A stretch of 64,000 bases of DNA from Chloroflexota bacterium (GTDB taxonomy: Bacteria; Chloroflexota; UBA11872; VXOZ01), in NCBI GenBank assembly GCA_965221905.1, contig OZ244922.1, positions 2,240,001 to 2,304,000 of the forward strand, read 5' to 3'. The notes below the pieces were generated by a model. That model was not told the DNA's origin, did no database searches, and saw nothing but the letters and a program-made list of their open reading frames with translations. The translations under genes and the position numbers were made by a program. Position 1 is the first letter of the stretch. The number at the start of each line of letters is the position of its first letter. Positions 10,245 through 20,886 of this stretch are shown here, in pieces.

Positions 10245-10790
10245 ATGAAGCGCGGGCCGCTCCGCACACTCGTAATCGTCCTATCGATTTTGGTAGCCAC
10301 GATAGCTGTGTCATTACTCTTGCAATTACGGGACTCGCTCCTTGACCGGCTGCCCGGCCTCCCAGAGTCGGCGCCGACTCAGGGCGCCGAGATGCCGGAC
10401 TTTACGCTGCAAACGGTGGATGGGGAAACCGTATCCCTCAGCGACTATCGCGGACAGCCGGTGGTGCTTAACTTCTGGGCGACGTGGTGCACGCCCTGCC
10501 GGGAGGAGATGCCCTTACTGCAGGAAACCTACGAGGCACATCAAGATGCGGGTTTAGTGGTGCTCGGCGTCAATGTGCGCGAGACCCCCGAAGCCGTCGC
10601 GCGCTTCTTGAAAGAGGTTGACGTTGACTTTCCAGTCGTGCTTGATACCGACTCTGCCGTAGTCAATCGCTATCTTGTTAATAGTCTGCCCATGACGTTC
10701 TTTATCGACCGCGAAGGCAGGCTCAGGACTCTCGTTGTGGGCGGAATGAGTAAGAAAGTCCTGGACGAGCGACTGGCAAGAATTCTTTGA
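10245..10790 (+). CDS. TlpA/ResA-family membrane-anchored thiol-disulfide oxidoreductase
   Basis: N-terminal TM helix; PDFTL and NFWATWCTPCREEMP (CxxC). Confidence 0.92.
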   Translation: MKRGPLRTLVIVLSILVATIAVSLLLQLRDSLLDRLPGLPESAPTQGAEMPDFTLQTVDGETVSLSDYRGQPVVLNFWATWCTPCREEMPLLQETYEAHQDAGLVVLGVNVRETPEAVARFLKEVDVDFPVVLDTDSAVVNRYLVNSLPMTFFIDREGRLRTLVVGGMSKKVLDERLARIL

Positions 10791-10986
10791 ACCTACATTG
10801 CCAGTCGCCGAGAGCTCCTGCAGCTTTCCGCATATCCGACACTGCACAACCGCTCCCGCCTCCCATGAGAGCCTCCCAGGGCGAGAATGGGCAGTCCCCC
10901 TCTCGATGCATTATTGAGAAGCTAGCCGCGCGCGGTTCGCATGCTCCATAATGTGAGAAAACCACATCCACCTTGTAAGAATTGGA

Positions 10987-12066
10987 GTGCAGCGCATGGA
11001 CGACCGGAAATTGCGTGTTGGCATTATTGGCGCGGGAGGCATTGCCCGCGGCGCCCATGTACCCGGATATCGCAGTTCAGGGCGCGCTGACGTCAAAGCG
11101 GTCTGCGATGTGAATGCGGAAGCGGCGCGAGCATTTGCGGAGACGCAGAACGTACCCCGTCACTACGGTAGCGTGGCAGCAATGTTGGCGCAGGAAGAGT
11201 TAGACGTCGTCAGCATCTGCACCTCGAATGATGCGCATCATCCTGCCGCCATGGCTGCCATAGCACGTGGGCTTCACGTATTTTGCGAGAAGCCGCTGGC
11301 GCTGAATTTTGCGCAAGCGCGGGAAATGTATGAGGCGGCCCAGTCGCAGGGAGTCGTAACCGGCATCAACTTCACCTACCGGACTACTCCTGCTGCCCGC
11401 TACCTCAAGGAGCTAACGGACCAGAGTCTATTTGGCGAAGTCAAGCACTGCAGCATTGAGTACTACCAGAGCTACTCTGTGCAACCGGGCCGCTCCCTCG
11501 AGTGGCGTTTTCAAAGGAAGCTCACAGGCACCGGTGCTTTGGCAGATCTTGGCTCGCACGCCACCGATCTCGTACTATGGCTGAATGGCGGCATTGCCGG
11601 CGTGCGCGGTCACATGGCGACGTTTATTCATGAACGTCCGCTGCAAGATGGCTCCGGCATGGGCCCTGTGGACGTAGACGACTCCACAACGTTCCTCGCC
11701 GAGTACGAGAATGGCGCTACCGGCGTAGTCGACGCCACGCGCTTCGCCACGGGCCGCTCTAACCACCAACGAATCTCGATCTATGGGGACACGGGATCTC
11801 TAGTCTTTCAAAACGGACCTGAGCCCCGCATCGAGGTTGCCGTTGAGCCATTCAGCCGGGATGGTTCCGCCGTGCTCGTACCCGTGCCGTCGCGCCTGGT
11901 AGGCAGCCCTCGCTCGCACGTACCGTCCTTCGTCAACACTATCCTTGACGGCGCGCCGGTTGACTTTCCTACCTTTGCGGACGGACTCCGCACCCAGGAA
12001 GTGCTCGAGGCCGCCGAAGTTTCCCACAGCGAAGATCGGTGGATTTCTCTGCCTTTGCCTCGGTGA
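10987..12066 (+). CDS. Gfo/Idh/MocA family oxidoreductase
   Basis: VGIIGAGGIA, HVFCEKPLA and GALADLGSH. Start may be ATG 10996. Confidence 0.9.
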   Translation: MQRMDDRKLRVGIIGAGGIARGAHVPGYRSSGRADVKAVCDVNAEAARAFAETQNVPRHYGSVAAMLAQEELDVVSICTSNDAHHPAAMAAIARGLHVFCEKPLALNFAQAREMYEAAQSQGVVTGINFTYRTTPAARYLKELTDQSLFGEVKHCSIEYYQSYSVQPGRSLEWRFQRKLTGTGALADLGSHATDLVLWLNGGIAGVRGHMATFIHERPLQDGSGMGPVDVDDSTTFLAEYENGATGVVDATRFATGRSNHQRISIYGDTGSLVFQNGPEPRIEVAVEPFSRDGSAVLVPVPSRLVGSPRSHVPSFVNTILDGAPVDFPTFADGLRTQEVLEAAEVSHSEDRWISLPLPR

Positions 12067-12154
12067 GCGCCGACACTGTAGAAAGCAGCAAGTCTCTCCT
12101 CGCCGCCTACTTTGATCGAACCTCACCGAGGCAGCTGCCGCCGGTAGGTCGATC

Positions 12155-12420
12155 ATGGCATTTGTCCTTGAGTCGGGTACACAGATCGTTGGGAAGTTGA
12201 ACAAAACGACCATTGAGTTTCGCGCCGAGCGGTACTTCTGCGTTCTCTGGCCGGTCAAACACCACATTTCCTTCTGGATCTTCAACAACGGCGAGAATTG
12301 AGGACCAAAAGTCACGCCCGCAGGGCAAGGGACGCGCATCCTACGTAAAGCTAAGGACTCCCAGCGACGTTGACGACACACTCCGGGACCTGGTGAAAAA
12401 AGCATATCGGACCGAAGTGC
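12155..12420 (+). pseudogene. Probable frameshifted small DUF5655/DUF1801-like gene remnant
   Basis: MAFVLESGTQIVGKLNKTTIEFRAERYFCVLWPVKHHISFWIFN (stop 12299-12301) appears to continue in another frame as RIEDQK...YVKLRTPSDVDDTLRDLVKKAY, which resembles the DUF5655-type C-terminus. Family recalled, not searched. Confidence 0.35.
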
Positions 12421-12497
12421 TCCGCCGGCCGCAACTTCCCCGACGCTGCCCTAACACGGAGAACCCGCCAACACTCCCGTGCGCGAAGTGGGCGGCC

Positions 12498-13376
12498 CTA
12501 CGTGGCTTGGGATACCTCTCCCGCCCCATTGACGGAGCGCAGATTCACATCCCGCTGCGGGAAGGGAATCTCAATGCCTTTCTCGCGGAAAGTCTCACTG
12601 ACCGTGTGGTGCAGGTCGCTCACGGTCTGAAGGCGATCGCTCAAGTCGGCTACCCACGCCATGACCCAGAAGTCGAGGGCGGATTCGCCAAACGAACGAA
12701 AGAACACGCGCGGTTCCGGTTCATCGAGAACTGCCGGATGGTTGCTCACTGTGCCAAGAAGCAACTCCTCCACCAGTCTCGTATCTCCCGAATACGAGAC
12801 GTTCACGTTAAAGTCGAACCGGATCCGCCGATCATCGAGAGACCAATTGGTCACGAGGCAAGAAAGGAGATCGGCATTCGGCACCACTGCTTGCGTGTGG
12901 TCGAACTTGCGCAAGGTCGTTGCCCGGGCGCCGAGGTGCTCAACGGTGCCAAGTTGCCCGTTCACTTCTATGACGTCCCCAATCCCAACCTTTATAGGAC
13001 GTTCCGCGAGCAGTATCAAGCCCGAAACAAAGTTGTTGACGATGCTCTGCAAACCGAAGCCAATGCCTATTCCCAGCGCGCCCAGTACCACCAATACGGA
13101 ATCAAGATCGAACCCCAGCGTGCGAAACCCAATGTAGGACCCAACGATAACTATCAGGTAGTGGATCATTGCGCCAAACGCGTACTTTGCCGGAGCGTCC
13201 GGCTGATCGTCCGAAGTGGCACGTTCCTGGAAAATCCGACGTACTCGCCGTGCAATAGCCCACGTCACGCCCAGGATGATTACCAGAACGATGATGTTCT
13301 TTATGTCAACCGTCGTGGCACTGACCGTGAATAGGGTAATGTTGAGAAAATGCCAAAGGGTTTCCAAGGTCTCCAC
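12498..13376 (-). CDS. Small-conductance mechanosensitive channel (MscS family)
   Basis: GALGIGIGFGLQSIVNNFVSGLILL, VVPNADL, VTNWS and GIEIPFPQRDV. Confidence 0.93.
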   Translation of the reverse strand: METLETLWHFLNITLFTVSATTVDIKNIIVLVIILGVTWAIARRVRRIFQERATSDDQPDAPAKYAFGAMIHYLIVIVGSYIGFRTLGFDLDSVLVVLGALGIGIGFGLQSIVNNFVSGLILLAERPIKVGIGDVIEVNGQLGTVEHLGARATTLRKFDHTQAVVPNADLLSCLVTNWSLDDRRIRFDFNVNVSYSGDTRLVEELLLGTVSNHPAVLDEPEPRVFFRSFGESALDFWVMAWVADLSDRLQTVSDLHHTVSETFREKGIEIPFPQRDVNLRSVNGAGEVSQAT

Positions 13377-13507
13377 ACACGCCTCCTTGCACTAGCGCGA
13401 CAGTGTGGCTAGGGATTCTGACGTCATTGGATCGAATCAGGGAGCGCGTCCCATCGCAATCCCCGTTGTAAGAACTGGTTGTAAGAACTGGATGTAGCCG
13501 GAGTGTG

Positions 13508-14932
13508 TTACTGCCACTCACTTGGGAGGGTCTGCCGCTCCAAGATAAAGCCGAGCAATGAGTGAAGTTTACGCAGAGCATCCGGAACTGGGCCGTGCCC
13601 CCCATTCATCATCGTGTGATAATGATGTGCTATCACCGGGCTGTAGAGCGGAAACGTGGCTGTAATCGGCAGCGAGCGCTGTGGGTAAGTCTCGCTGAGC
13701 AAAGTCGCAATATAGTGGGGCTCAATGCGACTCGACGCAAGCACCTCCGACAGTACCGGCAGCGCTTGCTCACTCTCGAGCACATGCCCTTGAACCTCTG
13801 AGCGCATTGCCCAGGTAACGAATTCCCACGCGGCATCGATTTGCTCTGTACCGGTTACGATGGCTAAACCGTCGTAGAGCGCCAACGTCTGGCTCTCTCC
13901 TCCTCCAATGGGAAAGAGCGGTTTCGCCCGCCAAGTAACGTCCCCTGAGCGTAAGCGATACATGTCACGAGGGGTTCCGAGAAACATGGCTAGCCTGTTG
14001 CTCGCAAAGTGTTGCACATAGGTGTCGGAGGAAAACTCTCCCACTTGCGGCGCAACGTGGAGAGCGTGTCGCCAGTCCTGCAGAATCTGGTAGGACCTCT
14101 CTACTTCCGGTAATTCTAGGGTGCTAAATCTGCCAGTCTCATCCAGCACGTCGCCTCCACCGCTCCACAGCCACGGTAACGAATGAAACCATGAATCCGG
14201 GAATCCAATTCCCGCTTTGCTCAAGCGATTGTCCGGCCCGATCTGCGCTAGTTGCAGCGCTGCCTCATGTGCTGTCTCGAGTGTCCAGCGCTCTTGGTTA
14301 AGGTGATCGGACAAGCCACTTTCCCGCAGCATGTCAACATTGACAAAGAGAAGTCTTGGATTGCTGCGCCAGGGCAGGCCATAGTGATCGCCCACACCGG
14401 TCCGCTTTGCTTCCGGATAGTAGCGAAAGGCTTTCAGCGCTGCGGTCGGTATGTCGCTCGTCGTGTAGCCATCAAGCCACTTACTAGCAAACGTCTGAAT
14501 GTTGACGTACAAATTGCGCTCTACCCAGTGCGGGAAGAACATGTCCTGAATTGAGGCTACAGCCGGAGGAATGCCCGCCGCAGCCGATATGGCTACCATC
14601 TCTTCAACAGGTCGTTGGTAGAATTCTTGGCTGAGTTGAATGTGGGGCAGGTCCGCCTCAAGTTGCTGTCGGATGGTGAACCAAAGACGCCGTTCTAGCG
14701 GGTCATCCCAGGCAAAGTGCCACAGTACTACCGGTTCTTTCGGCGCGGGAGATGATATTGACGAATGAGTTTCACGCGTTGCCTGGCCTAGAGGCAGCCG
14801 AGAGCCGGAACCCCGGGGTACCGCAGAAGAAGCCGGCTGGAAAGAAGAATCATTCGGCTGACTGCAAGTTAGCAGGAGCGGTGGAAGACCAAGTGAAGCG
14901 GCAAGAAAGTGGCGACGGGTAATGCGCGGCAT
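13508..14932 (-). CDS. Carbohydrate ABC-type extracellular solute-binding protein with Tat signal (probable lipoprotein)
   Basis: TRRHFL twin-arginine motif and LLTC lipobox-like site; YGLPW...LFVNVDML and AAWEFVTW family-1 SBP motifs. Confidence 0.8.
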   Translation of the reverse strand: MPRITRRHFLAASLGLPPLLLTCSQPNDSSFQPASSAVPRGSGSRLPLGQATRETHSSISSPAPKEPVVLWHFAWDDPLERRLWFTIRQQLEADLPHIQLSQEFYQRPVEEMVAISAAAGIPPAVASIQDMFFPHWVERNLYVNIQTFASKWLDGYTTSDIPTAALKAFRYYPEAKRTGVGDHYGLPWRSNPRLLFVNVDMLRESGLSDHLNQERWTLETAHEAALQLAQIGPDNRLSKAGIGFPDSWFHSLPWLWSGGGDVLDETGRFSTLELPEVERSYQILQDWRHALHVAPQVGEFSSDTYVQHFASNRLAMFLGTPRDMYRLRSGDVTWRAKPLFPIGGGESQTLALYDGLAIVTGTEQIDAAWEFVTWAMRSEVQGHVLESEQALPVLSEVLASSRIEPHYIATLLSETYPQRSLPITATFPLYSPVIAHHYHTMMNGGHGPVPDALRKLHSLLGFILERQTLPSEWQ

Positions 14933-15091
14933 GAATCGTTACAAAGGGCAGGTTGTAGGGAGAATCTAAACGAGGCAATGGAGGACGATAGGGGATCTGC
15001 TAATTAGCATACCATGAATTGCAGATAGGCGCTAGGCGCAACCGTGTATTGCCTTGCGCTTTCCTTGCAAAATTGCAGTCGCGAGACTCAT

Positions 15092-15131
15092 CTAAGCGGT
15101 CGCTTTCAGCCCTAAGCGATCGCTTTCAGCC
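15092..15131. repeat. Two tandem 20-bp direct repeats with a palindromic core
   Basis: CTAAGCGGTCGCTTTCAGCC / CTAAGCGATCGCTTTCAGCC (one mismatch); the second unit contains the perfect palindrome AAGCGATCGCTT. Confidence 0.85.
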
Positions 15132-15410
15132 CGGCAGACTGCGCTAGAGTGGGTGATTTAACTGCGCGGCACTCTAGTACAGCGCGAAAACACACGGTCT
15201 CCGTGCGGCGCACACATTTCCGCAGAAGGGCACTAGTGCCCGCCAGTGCTCGCCGGCTTTCGCTAAACGCCGCAATTAGAGCGAGCAGAGCCAAAGCAAA
15301 CAAGGCCTGCACAGCCCTTACAACACAGGCCGCTCCAAGAAATGCGAATGCCCTACCTGCTTTGCGAATTCGCTAGACGATTCCGATGCGTTCTATCTCC
15401 TACTCAGCCC

Positions 15411-17531
15411 TTACTTTCGATCGGCCCAAGCTATGAGCGCAGCGAGCGCTTCAGTGCGCGTAGCACGCGAATGGATTTTTAAGCGCTTCCGCGCGTCGAG
15501 CCGCTTGAACATCAAGGCAGCCGGCGCAAACGTATCCTCAGAATCCTGCTGACCTACGGCCTCAGCCATGGCGTCCACCGGATTGACGATGGTGGTGATG
15601 CGCGGAGCCAACGCGCCAACCAGGCTCGGCAAGTCGTAGTGCAATAGGACACCGGGAAGGAAGCTGCTTGCGGGCACGGTATACTGGCCTGCGCGCGTAA
15701 TGTGACGATATGAAGCAAGCGTCTCATGCGTCGCCACTGCCTGGATTCGTTCGTCAAGGGTAGCGGCGTGGAGCGCCACCAGCCCGCCGCCGCCGTGGCC
15801 GAGCACTGCGATACGTTCCGTGTTCACGTCGGGCCGCTCAACTACCTGGTCGACACAGCGAATTGCATCGACCACGCGTTGCGTCAGCGGCCATTCGCCA
15901 AGGAAGTAGCCCAGGTACGCCAAGCGAGAGTCAGTCCCCAGCAGAGCGACATCGCTGGGCGTGTACTTGACCTGCGCACTCCAGCGGGTCTCGCCCCAGC
16001 CGCGTAAGTCCATTGCAAAGACCATGCTCCCGGCACGCGCCAATTCGGCGGCAATGCCACTCTCATGGGCTTCAACATCCTTGCCGCCATCATGCACATA
16101 GATAATCGCGGGATGCGGGCCCTCACCCGGCGGATGAAAGGCCAGGCCGGGCACAGGCAAGTCCACTTCGCTCTCGAAGTACACCTCCTCAACCTGAAGC
16201 CCGCCCACAGTCCGTGTCCCCACGGTCTGCATGGCGCCGGCCGCGGATTTCCCTGTGTAATCAAGCACCGAACGTGCTGCTTCGCGAATGTCCTTACGGT
16301 ACCGCTCGGCATCCTTCTGCTTATCCAATGCGGGAACCGCAGGCGAAAGCTCTTGTACGCGTCGTTCGTTTAGAGAAACAACCGTCTCGTTCCGGTCGCT
16401 CAGAATCGCTTGCCCGGACGTGGTGCACCAGAGGGTCTCCGGCGATTCAGGCGTAAAGGGACCTTCTGTCACCGCTCCCGGTTCATCCTTCAACCAGCGA
16501 TTGAACCACGCGTACATTTCCTCGCGCATCGGCTGGTTATAGTCATGATGGGCCGGCGCCTCAACCATGTTTGCCCGCTCCGGCACACCTAACGCCGAGT
16601 AGCAGTCGAGCACGTCCGCATACACGTCACGCGCGCCAATCAAGGGGAAGAAGTCGTAGGTGGTCGAAGTGATTTGCATTGGCAGCGGCGCGCGGGACAT
16701 CAGGAGGTCCGCCATTTCCAGGTCATTGGGATAGCTGCCGGCAGGGTCTTGACAGGGATCGCCGATCTGCCCTTTCGAGTGCATCCGCTCATACGTGGCC
16801 GTAGAGCACACCGGTACCGCCGCCTTGATGCGGTCATCGAACGCGGTTAAGAACATGGTGTACGTGCCCCCGCCCGACGCCCCGGTACAGCCAATGCGGC
16901 TTGAGTCCACGTCGCTGCGCATTTCCAAGTAATCAAGCATCCGCACGCCGTCCCACACCATGTGGTTGATCACTGTCTGACCGACGAGCCAGCAGGGCAG
17001 GCAAGCGCCCGCGTGTTGCTCGGTGCTGCTAACCACTGGGTTTGTGTTCGTGGCGGTATCCCAGATCTGACTGCGCTCGCCCTGTCCGATGGGATCGTAT
17101 AGGAGCGCAACGTACCCGTGCCGAGCAAGGCCGATACCGCGCGCTTGCACTACCGCTTCCGCCTTGCCGTCCGCCCAGTGACCCAATGGGTTCAGCACTG
17201 CCGGTAGGGGCTCTGTGACCTCCGGCGGTCGATAGAGGTTTACGGTGACCGGAAAACCAGGCTGGCTCTCGATGAGCAACTTCTCAACTACGTAGCCGTC
17301 ACGCTCGAGGATGCCGACAAGCTTTGGATTCAGCGGCGTCCGCTCCGGGAATTGTCCCAGGGAGAGACGGAAGTTTTCGCGCACGGCCTGCAAGTGCGCT
17401 TGCCAGTCTTCCGCGGTCTTGAAAGAGCGCAACTTGCGCTTTCGCCGCCAATAGTGTTCACGCGCCTCCCGCAAGAGATAGCCATAGTAGGCCTCATCCG
17501 CCCCACTAACGCGCCCGCTCAGTACTGCCAT
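15411..17531 (-). CDS. Two-domain alpha/beta hydrolase (acetyl xylan esterase-like)
   Basis: ERTPLNP, YDPIGQGER and GCTGASGGG nucleophile elbow; the second hydrolase domain has DLRGWGET and GHGGGG (no Ser). Confidence 0.8.
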   Translation of the reverse strand: MAVLSGRVSGADEAYYGYLLREAREHYWRRKRKLRSFKTAEDWQAHLQAVRENFRLSLGQFPERTPLNPKLVGILERDGYVVEKLLIESQPGFPVTVNLYRPPEVTEPLPAVLNPLGHWADGKAEAVVQARGIGLARHGYVALLYDPIGQGERSQIWDTATNTNPVVSSTEQHAGACLPCWLVGQTVINHMVWDGVRMLDYLEMRSDVDSSRIGCTGASGGGTYTMFLTAFDDRIKAAVPVCSTATYERMHSKGQIGDPCQDPAGSYPNDLEMADLLMSRAPLPMQITSTTYDFFPLIGARDVYADVLDCYSALGVPERANMVEAPAHHDYNQPMREEMYAWFNRWLKDEPGAVTEGPFTPESPETLWCTTSGQAILSDRNETVVSLNERRVQELSPAVPALDKQKDAERYRKDIREAARSVLDYTGKSAAGAMQTVGTRTVGGLQVEEVYFESEVDLPVPGLAFHPPGEGPHPAIIYVHDGGKDVEAHESGIAAELARAGSMVFAMDLRGWGETRWSAQVKYTPSDVALLGTDSRLAYLGYFLGEWPLTQRVVDAIRCVDQVVERPDVNTERIAVLGHGGGGLVALHAATLDERIQAVATHETLASYRHITRAGQYTVPASSFLPGVLLHYDLPSLVGALAPRITTIVNPVDAMAEAVGQQDSEDTFAPAALMFKRLDARKRLKIHSRATRTEALAALIAWADRK

Positions 17532-17704
17532 GAGAACACTCCTCTTCCCGCAGTGCGACCGAGAAATCCCGTCATGCTTACATCGTGGCTCTGGCTAAGA
17601 GGGTACGTGCAAGAATGCTAACGCGCAACCCTCTATTCAGGTTGTGCACTGAGGATACAACGGCTTGGATACGGTGAGCAAAGTATGATACTATCTCACC
17701 CGTC

Positions 17705-18967
17705 ATGACGCGACCTCTCCCAAGCGATATTCGCGACTATATCGAACGTGAAGCCACCGCAGTTGCGGACTGGCTCTATGAAATGTGTGCTCTAGAGAGC
17801 AAACTCGGCAACGAGGCAGCAACGCGCGTGGAAGTGATGAACGCTTTTCAGAGCCTGGGTCTCGCTGTAGAGGAAGTGCCCTTTCCACAAGACATTGCTG
17901 CGAATCCGCATCACATTCCGGTGCCCGAACTCGACCAATGCCCCGACCACGTACGCGCCAATGTGCTTGCCACGCGACCGGGCAGCGGCGGCGGCCGCAG
18001 TCTCATATTGCAGACCCACCTGGATGTCGTACCGAATAGCGAGGGGCAGCGTTACGAACGCATTCAGGACCCTGAGCGCGGCGAGATCATCTACGCCCGC
18101 GGCAGCAACGACGCCAAAGGGCAAGTAGCGGCGCTGCTGCTCGTCATGCGCGCGTTGGCGCACTTTGGGATTCCGCTTGCGGGCGATCTGGCCCTGCAAT
18201 TGGTCACAGAAGAGGAAGTAGGCGGCAACGGCGCGCTGGCCTTCATTCACGCGGGACTTCGGGCCGATGGCGTGGTGGTCATGGAACCCTCCTTGGCCCA
18301 GATCCATCCGGCCAATCGCGGCGCTCTCTGGTTTCAAATTGGCATCGAAGGCGTCAGCATGCACATGGGGCGGATGCACGAAGGCGTCAGCGCAATTGAC
18401 AAGGGCATTGCCCTCATCGCCAGCTTCAAGGAATACGAGAAAGAGTTGGTGGCAATGAGTAAGGGGTATCGCGGCTTTGAGCGCTACGATCACCCGGTGC
18501 AACTAAACGTCGGCATCTTCCAGGGCGGTCACTGGCCGAGCGCCGTGGCGGGTGAGGCGACCATCGAAGGCGGTGTCGGCTTCTTGCCGAATAAGGCCAT
18601 GGAAGACGTGCGGGCAGACTTGGAGCGCATCGTCGCAAGCCACCCGGACGAGTGGATTCGGAATCACACGACGATCGAATTTAAGAAGCTGCGCAACGAC
18701 TCTTTCGAGATACCTTATGACCACCCGCTCCCTACAATGCTGTACGCGGCCGCGCGCGACGCGGGACTGCAGAGCGAGGTCTTTGGCTGGAATGTCTCCT
18801 GCGATGCGCGGCTCTATTCCCGCGTTGGTGGGCTCCCCGTCGTCGTCTTCGGCCCGGGCGACCTTGCCACCGCACATGGTCCCCATGAGCACTTCGCAGT
18901 TGCAGACATGGTAGACGCCGCCTGCGCTCTGACCCATTTCGTGCAGGAGTGGTGCGGTACGTGTTAG
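17705..18967 (+). CDS. M20 family metallo-amidohydrolase (ArgE/DapE-like deacylase)
   Basis: THLDVVP, ARGSNDAKG, EEEVGGNG, VMEP and GPGD..AHGPHE. Confidence 0.9.
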   Translation: MTRPLPSDIRDYIEREATAVADWLYEMCALESKLGNEAATRVEVMNAFQSLGLAVEEVPFPQDIAANPHHIPVPELDQCPDHVRANVLATRPGSGGGRSLILQTHLDVVPNSEGQRYERIQDPERGEIIYARGSNDAKGQVAALLLVMRALAHFGIPLAGDLALQLVTEEEVGGNGALAFIHAGLRADGVVVMEPSLAQIHPANRGALWFQIGIEGVSMHMGRMHEGVSAIDKGIALIASFKEYEKELVAMSKGYRGFERYDHPVQLNVGIFQGGHWPSAVAGEATIEGGVGFLPNKAMEDVRADLERIVASHPDEWIRNHTTIEFKKLRNDSFEIPYDHPLPTMLYAAARDAGLQSEVFGWNVSCDARLYSRVGGLPVVVFGPGDLATAHGPHEHFAVADMVDAACALTHFVQEWCGTC

Positions 18968-18980
18968 GCATCGAAACCCC

Positions 18981-19001
18981 CCGGCACTGCTGCCGGTTAT
19001 T
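18981..19001 (+). terminator. Possible intrinsic terminator or short palindromic element
   Basis: CCGGCA-ctgc-TGCCGG followed by TTATT, just after the M20 gene stop. Confidence 0.35.
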
Positions 19002-19016
19002 CCCGAAAAGAGGCGT

Positions 19017-19661
19017 ATGTCTCGCATAGAGCAGAACAGCGAGGATAGCCGTAGAATCTGGGAAGCGCTGGCGTTCATCCTTCATCGCGTCTACGAACCG
19101 CTGGAAGAAGCTGCGGCAGGATGGGCGATCATAGGGAGCGCCGCCTCGGCGCTACAGGACATAGCGGTCAGCCCAAACGAGCTACGCATACTTACAACGC
19201 CCGATGCGTTCGACGTCTGGGCCAGCCATCTCTGGGACTGGCTGGACGAGGAACCGGACGTCCGCGATCCTGATCACGTCAAGCTTACTTTGACGGTTGA
19301 ACTGGCACCGGTGACGATTTTCGTTCGCGAGCCTCGCGAGAACGAGCAAGGTATACTGCTAGAGGGCGTGGGGGGTGCGTTATGGGACGTAATCGGCAGA
19401 GTGCGCTTCCAGAATTGGCTGGTGCCGGTTGTGCCGCTTGAGGTGCAATTTGCGACAACAGTTGGGCGGATGGTTCGTAACCAATCCCAGCGCTCGTGGC
19501 AGCAATTGGCCGGCAAGATGGCACAGGCGCTCTACGCCAACGGCTACTATCGCGAACTCGTTGAAGAAGCGCTCAATCCCTATGGAGAGCAGGTCGGCAA
19601 CGCAGCCATTGACCTGATCCAAGCACAAGCTGCGCCACGACCGTCACGTTCGGTACGCTGA
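19017..19661 (+). CDS. Hypothetical protein with a degenerate nucleotidyltransferase-like N-terminus
   Basis: WAIIGSAASALQDIAVSPNELRIL resembles hG[GS]...P.DhDh but with the acidic residues altered; RBS GAGG upstream. Confidence 0.55.
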   Translation: MSRIEQNSEDSRRIWEALAFILHRVYEPLEEAAAGWAIIGSAASALQDIAVSPNELRILTTPDAFDVWASHLWDWLDEEPDVRDPDHVKLTLTVELAPVTIFVREPRENEQGILLEGVGGALWDVIGRVRFQNWLVPVVPLEVQFATTVGRMVRNQSQRSWQQLAGKMAQALYANGYYRELVEEALNPYGEQVGNAAIDLIQAQAAPRPSRSVR

Positions 19662-19791
19662 GTACGGGCTGGATGAGCATGGCGTACGACGTTCTGCGTG
19701 CGGCCTCTTCGGGCAATCAGGTCGTGCAGCGCAGAAGCAACATGCGCTCCTAACTTGCGGCGGGTGAAGAGAAGAAGGAGAAACTATCCTC

Positions 19792-20874
19792 ATGGCAGAC
19801 GCTATTCGAATCGGTGTAATTGGCACCGGTGTATTTGGAATCAGTCACCTGCGCGTCTTCAAGCAGGCGCAGAATGAAGGCCGCACCGTGCTGGTGGCGG
19901 CTTGCTCCTCTGGACGAGATCCGGCGCGGGACCAGGAACGCAAAGAGGAATTTGGCATCCCCATCTACACCGACTGGAGAGAGATGCTCGACAATGAGTC
20001 GCTGGATGCCGTGACCATCGTCACACCGGACCACCTCCATCGTGAGATGACCATCGAGGCGGCCAACCGGGGCCTGCACGTCCTGGTAGAGAAGCCGCTG
20101 GACGTAACCAGTGCCGGCTGCCGCGAGATCGTGGACGCTTGCAAGGCCAACCAAGTATTCCTCCAGGTAGACTTCCACAAGCGCTACGACCCTTACCACT
20201 TGGCCCTCGAACGGCAGTGCAACGACGGCACGCTTGGTGAGGTGCTTTATGGATACGTGCACATGGAAGACAAGATCGTCGTACCGCGCGATTGGTTTCC
20301 CCATTGGGCCGGTTCAACCAGTCCCGCTTGGTTCCTGGGCGTGCACTTCTACGACCTCGTGCGCTGGTGCATCAAGAAGGATGCAACCAAAGTCTATGCT
20401 ACCGGCCGGAAGAAGAAGCTCGCTGCTCTCGGTATCGACACCTTCGATTGCATTCAGGCCAAAGTAGAATTCGAAGGCGGCGCCAGCGTCTTCTTTGATA
20501 ACGGGTGGGTGCTCCCCGACACATTTGAAGCCATCGTAAACCAGTCAATCCGCCTGGTCGGCACTGAAGGGTTTGCGGAGGTCGACAGCCAGAACCGCGG
20601 CATGGAAGCCGCAAGCTACAAAGACGGCATGCGCACGTATAATGAGGCGTTCATGCGTGAAGAGGAAGACAAGCACGGTCAGGTCGTCTACCGCGGCTAC
20701 GGCTACGAGAGCATTCTAGATTTCGTCGACAATCTTGAATTTCTGCAAGAAGGCGGCACCATAGACCAATTAGAAGGCAGATACCCCAGTGGTGAGGATG
20801 CACTCGAAGTTACGCGGATCGCAGAGGCGGTTCACCAAAGCATTGACAGCGGATCGATTGTATCTCTGAAGTAA
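19792..20874 (+). CDS. Gfo/Idh/MocA family oxidoreductase
   Basis: IGVIGTG, TPDHLH, HVLVEKPL and DFHKRYDP; RBS AAGGAG. Confidence 0.9.
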   Translation: MADAIRIGVIGTGVFGISHLRVFKQAQNEGRTVLVAACSSGRDPARDQERKEEFGIPIYTDWREMLDNESLDAVTIVTPDHLHREMTIEAANRGLHVLVEKPLDVTSAGCREIVDACKANQVFLQVDFHKRYDPYHLALERQCNDGTLGEVLYGYVHMEDKIVVPRDWFPHWAGSTSPAWFLGVHFYDLVRWCIKKDATKVYATGRKKKLAALGIDTFDCIQAKVEFEGGASVFFDNGWVLPDTFEAIVNQSIRLVGTEGFAEVDSQNRGMEAASYKDGMRTYNEAFMREEEDKHGQVVYRGYGYESILDFVDNLEFLQEGGTIDQLEGRYPSGEDALEVTRIAEAVHQSIDSGSIVSLK

Positions 20875-20886
20875 GAGTAGCAAAAT

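Noticed and set aside
12213-13334. 373-aa plus-strand ORF
   Set aside because: Mostly the antisense shadow of mscS; only its first part overlaps a possible gene remnant.
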